64,000 bases of DNA from the NCBI GenBank assembly GCA_041690295.1, contig JAWLHR010000005.1:1-64000 (forward strand), in the 5' to 3' direction. Position numbers and translations under genes: made by a program. Shown here in pieces: positions 57,135-64,000 of the stretch. The notes beneath the pieces were generated by a model. That model was not told where the DNA came from. It was given only the letters and a program-made list of their open reading frames with translations, and searched no databases. Every line of letters begins with the position of its first letter. Within the stretch, counting starts at the first letter, position 1. Origin of the DNA: Bdellovibrionales bacterium (GTDB lineage: Bacteria > Bdellovibrionota > Bdellovibrionia > Bdellovibrionales > UBA1609).

Positions 57135-58010
57135 ATGAAGAAGCGGACTCTTTTTCTTGTTCTCGTCCTTGGCTTTCCGATTCTTTTGGGGGCTTCTGGC
57201 TTTAGCTCGAAATGCGAGAAATTTAAGAATTGGCCCGGTGGATATTGCATCCATACCCCCAATGCCCAACCTTCAGGTGATATTGTTTATCACTTACACG
57301 GCCGGGGGAACAATGAGTTCACTTGGGCCGACGATTGGTATTACACGGCTCAGATCCGTCGGGAGTGGGAAAAAACAGGTCTCAATCAACCGATCGTCAT
57401 TTCTGTCTCCTTTGGACCGACCTGGCTTTTGGCGGAGAAAAACTCAAGTCCGCAAAGTGGCCTTTTTGAAGTCTTCGTGAACAAAGTGATCCCTCAAATC
57501 GAGAGTCAAATCGGATCATTTAAACGCCGGATTGTGTTTGGTGAATCCATGGGCGGATTTAATTCCATTCAGTTGGCGTTAAAAACGAACTTATTCAACA
57601 AAGCGGCGATCCTCTGCTCGCCCATGATGGAAGTTTCGCTCTTCGCCCCACAGGAAGAGATACACGATCACGTCAAGAAGTCGTCGGCCTGGCACTACTA
57701 CAAGGATTTTGATCCTGAGGCTGTTTTCCGCCATGTGGATATTCTTGTGAAAGTGGCGAAAGCGTTCTATCCCACCGAGGAAAACTGGAAAACCGGCGAC
57801 CCTCTCCAACTCGCCCGCGATCGCAAAGCGCAATCGGCTCCGCAATTCTATACCGCGGTCGGTTTCCACGATCCTTACGCCGCCTACGAAGGAAACGAAA
57901 AATTCGCCGAAATCTTGAAGGCCAACGGAATTGAAGTCGAATGGCGTCCCCAATGGGGCGGCCACTGCGCCATCGACATTCCCTCGCTCGCTCGTTTCTT
58001 AGTTGAGTAG
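57135..58010 (+). CDS. Secreted alpha/beta-hydrolase (esterase)
   Basis: LHG, GESMGG nucleophile elbow, G..D, GGH. Confidence 0.88.
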   Translation: MKKRTLFLVLVLGFPILLGASGFSSKCEKFKNWPGGYCIHTPNAQPSGDIVYHLHGRGNNEFTWADDWYYTAQIRREWEKTGLNQPIVISVSFGPTWLLAEKNSSPQSGLFEVFVNKVIPQIESQIGSFKRRIVFGESMGGFNSIQLALKTNLFNKAAILCSPMMEVSLFAPQEEIHDHVKKSSAWHYYKDFDPEAVFRHVDILVKVAKAFYPTEENWKTGDPLQLARDRKAQSAPQFYTAVGFHDPYAAYEGNEKFAEILKANGIEVEWRPQWGGHCAIDIPSLARFLVE

Positions 58011-58091
58011 TCCAGTTGCTGCCAGTTCGAAGGAGCCTCGAATAAGGACGGATGTGATGTCTGTTAGAAAGAAATTTTTAGAGGAGGAAAA

Positions 58092-58796
58092 ATGGCCGCG
58101 CGAGACTTTCGCTTTCAGCTGTTCGTCATTGCGCTCTACAGTATCCTGAGTTGGGGAATCCCGGCCAATGCGGCGGCGGCGAAGGAGAGCGCTGAAGCGA
58201 CGGCGACTCCGGTCGCAATCGCGAGCGGCACCGCACCGGCAACCGCATTGCCTCGGTGTATAGACGGTCCTCATGACATTCAGAAAGTGGTCACATCGGT
58301 TAAAAACAACAGGAAGAACGACGCCAAATACAACGGGTATCGGGAGGTGCTTCGAGACGCCTCGGATAAGGAATTGATCGCGAGGCTGGCCTACGCGGAA
58401 ACCGTAGGAGCGAATTGTCCGGAGCTGAACACCAAGATCGCTCCGAGGATTGTCGCAGTTATAGCGAATCGGGTTCGAATCCGAAAGGGTGACGCGAAAA
58501 GCGTGGTATTCGAGCGTGATCAGTTTTCATCGAGTTTGAATGTTTATAAAGAATCGCGATACAGGGATTTTCTTTGTCCGAAAGACGCTGAGCTATGGGA
58601 ACTTATCATGAATGTGGTGGATGCCGAGTTGAATCAGCCGACTCATCTCGTCTCGTCCACGACCGTCAATTACTTCCTTTACAAGCATAGCCCCCGATGG
58701 ACGAGGGCGCCGTGGAGTCACAAGGAAGACACCACCAACACCACTCCGGAAATCCGAACGTGCATGAGAACGTTCAGAGTTCCCGGATGGAAGTAA
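58092..58796 (+). CDS. Cell-wall hydrolase (SleB/Hydrolase_2-like)
   Basis: ARLAYAE, VIANRV, VV...QFS; signal peptide and Ala/Thr linker. Confidence 0.75.
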   Translation: MAARDFRFQLFVIALYSILSWGIPANAAAAKESAEATATPVAIASGTAPATALPRCIDGPHDIQKVVTSVKNNRKNDAKYNGYREVLRDASDKELIARLAYAETVGANCPELNTKIAPRIVAVIANRVRIRKGDAKSVVFERDQFSSSLNVYKESRYRDFLCPKDAELWELIMNVVDAELNQPTHLVSSTTVNYFLYKHSPRWTRAPWSHKEDTTNTTPEIRTCMRTFRVPGWK

Positions 58797-58804
58797 AGGC
58801 GAAT

Positions 58805-59206
58805 TTATTGGACCTCTTTTTTACAACTCTGAATGGATTTAATCTTTGCCCGGCGCTGTAACAGCTTGAGCCGTTGAATGGCGCGGTTTTCAGCGGAGAC
58901 AAGTTTAATGATCCAGTCGGCATCACCAATCGCCGAGGAAGCGCAGATGTAGTAGGCCAGTTTCCGAGCCTTGGTGCCGATATCGGTGGACACTTCGGTT
59001 TCCGTAGTGATGTGGGTATCAATAAAGGTGCTGAGCTCATTCAAGGCGCGCATTTGTTCACTCCAAACGCCGTAGCACGCGGACCCCTTGCAATACCAAT
59101 CGTAGGCACGCCTTGCATCCTTAATGAGATGGTTGAGCCCAATTTCTGAATAGGCGAACGTCTTAGCCGATGCGAATAGCATTGAAAGCGCAAGCAGCAA
59201 CTTCAT
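58805..59206 (-). CDS. Secreted hypothetical protein
   Basis: Signal peptide, four Cys, AGGAG RBS. Confidence 0.7.
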   Translation of the reverse strand: MKLLLALSMLFASAKTFAYSEIGLNHLIKDARRAYDWYCKGSACYGVWSEQMRALNELSTFIDTHITTETEVSTDIGTKARKLAYYICASSAIGDADWIIKLVSAENRAIQRLKLLQRRAKIKSIQSCKKEVQ

Positions 59207-59329
59207 TGTTTACTCCTGTGTTTGAATTTCGGATTCCGCAGCTATGCCGGTTTCAAGGACGTGAGTCAAGGCCCGCGCACGCCGATGGCCGTGATGTAGC
59301 AGAGAGGCTGGTAAGCGCCACTCTTTAAT

Positions 59330-59968
59330 TTAAAGCACCGGCTGAAATTGATCCGAGTCCGCGAGATATTCCAAAATCTGACCGGATTCGAGGTCGAAAT
59401 AGGTGCCGATAAGATTCATTCCACGATCGCGGATCGCGTCCCGCACAAAGGGAAAAGTGCGAAGATTTTCCAATGATATTTTGATCGACTCTTGTTCGCA
59501 ATGCGTGCATTGCGTTTCAAAATCCGCCCCTTCGAATTTCGCCAGCACGCGATCCCGGGCCGCGACGGCGATTCCCATCCAGCGATCGATAAAGCTTTCA
59601 GGTGTCGCTCCGTTTCTCGTGGTCATCAAAGCCCGAATGCCGCCGCACTGGCGGTGGCCGAGAACGATAATGTGTTCCACTTTCAAACTCATCACGGCGA
59701 ATTCAATCGCCGCGCTCACCCCGTGAAGTCCACCGCCGGTTTCAAAGGGCGGAACTAAATTGGCGACATTTCGCACGACAAAGAGCTCCCCCGGTCCCGC
59801 GTCAGAAATGATCGCCGGATCCACGCGCGAATCACTGCACGCGATGACGAGCGTTTTTGGCGACTGGCCCTGACTTAACCGTTTATATACTGAAGAGTCG
59901 GGATCAAAATATTTTTCCCGAAAACGTCGAAACCCGGCGACAAGTCGAATCAATTGTTTACGTGCCAT
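59330..59968 (-). CDS. Beta-class carbonic anhydrase
   Basis: IACSDSRV, PGELFVVRNVAN, GH.QCGG. Confidence 0.95.
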   Translation of the reverse strand: MARKQLIRLVAGFRRFREKYFDPDSSVYKRLSQGQSPKTLVIACSDSRVDPAIISDAGPGELFVVRNVANLVPPFETGGGLHGVSAAIEFAVMSLKVEHIIVLGHRQCGGIRALMTTRNGATPESFIDRWMGIAVAARDRVLAKFEGADFETQCTHCEQESIKISLENLRTFPFVRDAIRDRGMNLIGTYFDLESGQILEYLADSDQFQPVL

Positions 59969-60076
59969 GCAAGATTGACGGTTATCATTATTGTGACTTG
60001 AGGCGGGCGTCAACATGGAGTAGCTGTTGGCCTTGATTTGGATCGCTCGATGTGACGAGCCCTAAAGGAGGTCATT

Positions 60077-60586
60077 ATGTGGTGGCTACTCTTCTTCATT
60101 GGACCTGTATTCGCTCAGGCGCCCAAGGCCGCGCCGGTTGTGAATCTCACTTTAAAAGGTCCGAATAATGAGACCGTGGGAACCGCACAACTTACGGGTT
60201 TGGAAAAAGGCGTGAAAATCACGCTGGATATTGAGAAACTCCCGGCCGGTCCACATGCCATTCACTTTCATGAAAACGGCAAATGTGACGGACCGAAATT
60301 TACTTCGGCCGGCGGGCATTACAATCCGCAAACCATGAAACATGGATTTGACCATGCCGAGGGATTTCATGCCGGAGACATGCCGAACATCATGGTTCAA
60401 AAGAACGGGAAAGCGCGCCTGGAATTGGTGAACACCTCGGTGACCTTGGATGATGGGCCGAGGTCTTTGCGCAAGCCTGGTGGCACGACTTTGATCATTC
60501 ACGGCGGTGTCGACGATTACAAATCGCAACCGGCTGGCAATGCGGGTGACCGCATCGCCTGCGCGGTCATCCCGCCGAACGCTTAA
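60077..60586 (+). CDS. sodC: Cu/Zn superoxide dismutase
   Basis: HAIHFHE, SAGGHYNP, H.GDMPN, IIH...DD, GNAG.RIAC. Confidence 0.93.
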   Translation: MWWLLFFIGPVFAQAPKAAPVVNLTLKGPNNETVGTAQLTGLEKGVKITLDIEKLPAGPHAIHFHENGKCDGPKFTSAGGHYNPQTMKHGFDHAEGFHAGDMPNIMVQKNGKARLELVNTSVTLDDGPRSLRKPGGTTLIIHGGVDDYKSQPAGNAGDRIACAVIPPNA

Positions 60587-62406
60587 AGCGTTTTACTGAC
60601 GGAGTCGACGCGGGGTTTGCCCTTCGCCGCCTGGCGAATCCACGCGTCGATGTTCTTCTCGAGAACATCGAGCGGTAAGGCGCCGTTCAATAGCACCTGG
60701 TCATGGAATTCCCTGATATCAAACTGCTCGCCTAAAGCATTAGAGGCTTTCTCGCGCAACTCGGCGAATTTCAACTTACCGATCTTATAAGCAAGCGCCT
60801 GACCGGGCCATGTGATGTAGCGGTTGATTTCACTTTCTATCTCGTCTTCCGCCACGGGAGTGTGTTCACGAAAATAAGCCACGGCTTTTTCTTTGCTCCA
60901 CCCTTTTGCATGCATGCCGGTATCGACGACCAAGCGGATGGCCCTCACCATTTGCCAGCTCAAATGGCCATAGTAGGAATAGGGATCTTTGAAAAATCCC
61001 ATCTCTTTGCCAAGGGTTTCGGCGTATAAACCCCAACCCTCGACGTAGGCCGTGAAACCGGCATTGCGGCGAAATTCAGGAAGGTCTTTCATCTCCTTGG
61101 CGAGAGCGATCTGCAGGTGATGGCCGGGGACCGCCTCGTGCATCACCAGCGTTTCCATTTCCCATTTTGGCCGTTTAAACACATTGTATGTGTTCGCTTC
61201 AAAATAGCCGGCTCGGCCAGTTTCGAGGCTGCCGGATATATAGTGCGCCCCTGGAGCGGTTTTGGCGTAATCCTCGGGCATTTCTCTGATTCCGTAAGGC
61301 ATTCTCGGAAGCGTTTTGAACAATTTGGTGAGTTCAGGATCTATCCGTTTCGCGATGTCCCGGTAACCGGCGATGAGATCTTCCTTGTTTTTGAAAAAGA
61401 AACGTTTGTCGGTGCGGAGATATTTATTAAACGCCTTTAAATCTCCTTTGAATTTCACTTCCTTGCGGATGTTGTCCATTTCTTTGGTCAACCGCTCCAC
61501 TTCCCGTAAACCTATTTCATGGATTTCATCGGGCGTCAGGTTCGTCGTGGTTGAGCGCTTCACAAAGTGGGCGTACCAGGCTTTCCCATCGGGCAGATCA
61601 CTCCAGGCGATGTTTTCACGTCCGCGCGGAGCATACTCCTTGTCGAAGAACGATAGGAACTCTGTCAGCGAAGGATAAATTTTTTGGCTGATGATTTCCT
61701 TCGCGAGCTTTTTCATGCGCTCTTGATCTTCAGTGGAAATCGCTGGAGGCATCTCTTTGAAAGGAGTGAAGAACGGGCTGTCTTCAACATTCTTCGGCGT
61801 GAGGGCGGTGAGCTGCTGGCGGATGAAGGGCATGAACGCCTTAACCGGCATCACTTTATGTTTGACTCCCTCACGAAGGACTTCAACCGTGTCCTTGGGA
61901 ATTTTCGCGAACTTATCCAGACGACTCAGGATGTTTTCGTAAGCTTTGACGCTGGATCTTGGCATCATGTTCAGCAATTGGATGGCTTCGATATAGAATC
62001 CCTCCAAATGATTGATCGGCATTAAATCCTCTTTGAATCGCTTACTCTCGAGGTACAAAGTCGAGCGGCGCAAGGCCAGGTCATAGTTCAAGCGTTCCTT
62101 GGCAGGGAGTTTAGCGGCCTTGATTTTTTTAAGCGCGTTGACTTCGCACTGAAGCATTTTCTTTTCCCGAGCGATACGTTTTAAAGAGTGGTCGCTCCAG
62201 CGGTCATCCTGGCCGGGATATCCCACCCATGAAGCGTATTCCGGATACTCAGTCATTAAATATTTCCATTGCACGTCGAGAAAGGTCTTGAGTTTTTGTG
62301 ATTCACTGCCCCGGCTGACCGCCTTTTCAAATATTTGGCAATCTTTGGCGGACGCGGACGCCGAGACGACAAGGACGGTGAGCGCAATCAGGCTGATGAG
62401 TTTCAT
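60583..62406 (-). CDS. DUF885 family secreted metallopeptidase-like protein
   Basis: HEAVPGHHLQ, EGWGLYAE, RLVVDTGMH, PGQALAYKIG. Confidence 0.93.
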   Translation of the reverse strand: MKLISLIALTVLVVSASASAKDCQIFEKAVSRGSESQKLKTFLDVQWKYLMTEYPEYASWVGYPGQDDRWSDHSLKRIAREKKMLQCEVNALKKIKAAKLPAKERLNYDLALRRSTLYLESKRFKEDLMPINHLEGFYIEAIQLLNMMPRSSVKAYENILSRLDKFAKIPKDTVEVLREGVKHKVMPVKAFMPFIRQQLTALTPKNVEDSPFFTPFKEMPPAISTEDQERMKKLAKEIISQKIYPSLTEFLSFFDKEYAPRGRENIAWSDLPDGKAWYAHFVKRSTTTNLTPDEIHEIGLREVERLTKEMDNIRKEVKFKGDLKAFNKYLRTDKRFFFKNKEDLIAGYRDIAKRIDPELTKLFKTLPRMPYGIREMPEDYAKTAPGAHYISGSLETGRAGYFEANTYNVFKRPKWEMETLVMHEAVPGHHLQIALAKEMKDLPEFRRNAGFTAYVEGWGLYAETLGKEMGFFKDPYSYYGHLSWQMVRAIRLVVDTGMHAKGWSKEKAVAYFREHTPVAEDEIESEINRYITWPGQALAYKIGKLKFAELREKASNALGEQFDIREFHDQVLLNGALPLDVLEKNIDAWIRQAAKGKPRVDSVSKTL

Positions 62407-62419
62407 GTTCGTACCTCTT

Positions 62420-63796
62420 TCAAAGATGTTCAAAAACGCGTTCTTTCAAAATATCTTCGCACCGCCCTTGTGAGAACTTGAACTCTGGCCGTTCCACGGA
62501 AACGACAGTGTGAAACAAATCGTTTCCGCGCCAGCCCATGGAGCGGACGGTGAAATGGAAATCGTAGCTGTCGAATTCCATAAGCACCACGTTGTGGGTG
62601 CCGGTCACGACACGGCGGCGGGGGTTGTCGGGCTTCAGATAGTAATGCCCGGGAAATCCAAAACTGTGGAGATTGCTTGAGGTGATTTCCACCGTCCTGT
62701 AACCGAAAAGTTCGGGTTCCAAATCCTGAACTTCGGAAAAATGCACATCGCCACTGATGAACGCCAAAGTGGCGTTTTTATCATCGGCGGCATGGCGCAA
62801 CTCCTCAACCCAGCGAAGAGTGAACTCCGGCCAGTTGGCTTCCAAAGAATCTTTTTGTATGGGTCCGCCGAAAAACTGTGACCCGCTGATCACGAAATTC
62901 GCGCCCGGTTGAAGCGAGTCGAGAAGAAACTGGTTTTGTTCAACTCCGAAAAGGGGGTTCAGCGGAGTGCCCCCACGAAAGCTGCGCCCGTCGAGCATGA
63001 TAAAATTTTTACCGAAGACCTTGAATCGCTTGGCGAGGCCTGGTCCATGCTCGAGAAATCCTTCGATCGCCTCATTGGCGAAGAAAACATCGAAAATCTC
63101 ACGCGATGTGGGAAGTATCGGCGTGAACATATCGGAGTTATCACCGCCGGAATCATGATCATCCCAAATGGAGATTGTGGGAACCAAATGCGACCAGAAA
63201 TAAAGCTCCACGGTGTTACGCGTGTTAACGAATTCGGTCCAAACATCGAGTCCGGTTTCAGGCGGGCGAGCCGGCCAGATTTGCGGGCGGTCGAGGTAAA
63301 CCGTGTCTCCGATCAACAAGAGCAAATCGGGCCGGTTTTCAGGCCGCGAGAGATTGCGCCATAAATAGGGGTTGTGCATGTGTCGGGCCATGCAGCTGCC
63401 CACGGCCACGCGCGCCTCAGCGCGAGTCGTGTCCAAAGCGCGAAAGTGCCGGCGGTCCATCAGCTCGTGATTGGAAGTCATCACATCGAGAACATAGGCA
63501 TCTTGCGTATTCAAACCGCTCACTTTGATCCGGTGCACGGCCCATTCGCTACCCGGAAAAGTAAATTTCTTTTGTTGGACCGGCAGATAGCTCGTGGGAA
63601 TCTGATCAAGCCGGGCGTAAAAAATCAGTTCCTCATCGGCCTTCGCCACGACCGTGAAATGAGTCACGTTTTCCGACGTGGAACCTTGCAGAATCGAATA
63701 AGGTCCTTCCGCCCAAGCCGCTGAGACAAAGAAAATCGCTATAAGTTGGAGAATTCGATACGTCACCGTTATCCCCCCGGTACGGTTACTTGTCAT
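62420..63796 (-). CDS. PhoD-like alkaline phosphatase D family protein
   Basis: VGSC, IGDTVYLD, IWDDHD, LDGRSFR, SGDVH, EITSS; start uncertain. Confidence 0.88.
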   Translation of the reverse strand: MTSNRTGGITVTYRILQLIAIFFVSAAWAEGPYSILQGSTSENVTHFTVVAKADEELIFYARLDQIPTSYLPVQQKKFTFPGSEWAVHRIKVSGLNTQDAYVLDVMTSNHELMDRRHFRALDTTRAEARVAVGSCMARHMHNPYLWRNLSRPENRPDLLLLIGDTVYLDRPQIWPARPPETGLDVWTEFVNTRNTVELYFWSHLVPTISIWDDHDSGGDNSDMFTPILPTSREIFDVFFANEAIEGFLEHGPGLAKRFKVFGKNFIMLDGRSFRGGTPLNPLFGVEQNQFLLDSLQPGANFVISGSQFFGGPIQKDSLEANWPEFTLRWVEELRHAADDKNATLAFISGDVHFSEVQDLEPELFGYRTVEITSSNLHSFGFPGHYYLKPDNPRRRVVTGTHNVVLMEFDSYDFHFTVRSMGWRGNDLFHTVVSVERPEFKFSQGRCEDILKERVFEHL

Positions 63797-63917
63797 TTCG
63801 CATGAATTCGCCGCTTAGAACAGGAACTTTCGTTTATGAAAAGATTTCTGGTGGCACGGAGCGATTCGCTTCCTCAGGCCAGTGAAACCTTGATAGCCTC
63901 TCAAGGAGAGGTGACCC

Positions 63918-64000
63918 ATGGTGCTGCGTCGCGCTAGCGAGCGAGGCCGAGCCAAATTGGATTGGCTGGAGTCTTACCATACATTTTCATTTTCGGATTA
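63918..64000 (+). CDS. Pirin family protein (YhhW-like), 5' part only
   Basis: MVLRRASERGRAKLDWLESYHTFSFSD; AAGGAG RBS; runs off the window. Confidence 0.85.
   Translation, partial: MVLRRASERGRAKLDWLESYHTFSFSD

Overview
Gene-dense 64-kb bacterial window with no rRNA, tRNA or CRISPR array visible. The many secreted orphan proteins, peptidoglycan hydrolases, and sigma-28 and sigma-54 promoters suggest a Bdellovibrionota-like organism; this is inference from gene content only. The top candidate for an undescribed system is at 6287-10512, a compact RiPP-like cluster. It runs: sigma-54 promoter, strong RBS, 40-aa peptide ORF, perfect 10-bp GC hairpin, spermidine-synthase-fold SAM transferase with an extra C-terminal domain, two tandem DUF6445-type 2OG-Fe(II) oxygenases, MFS exporter and a secreted orphan. 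Other blocks are a chaperone-usher pilus locus with two sigma-28-preceded pilin paralogues (12493-18229), an ODP-linked soluble chemosensory cluster with mini-receptors and no cheR/cheB (31234-36597), and a general-stress island (36698-48424) largely preceded by sigma-54 motifs. Eleven -24/-12 motifs were read by eye, five of them implying leaderless or near-leaderless mRNAs. All family calls come from recognising motifs in the translations; no database search was run.
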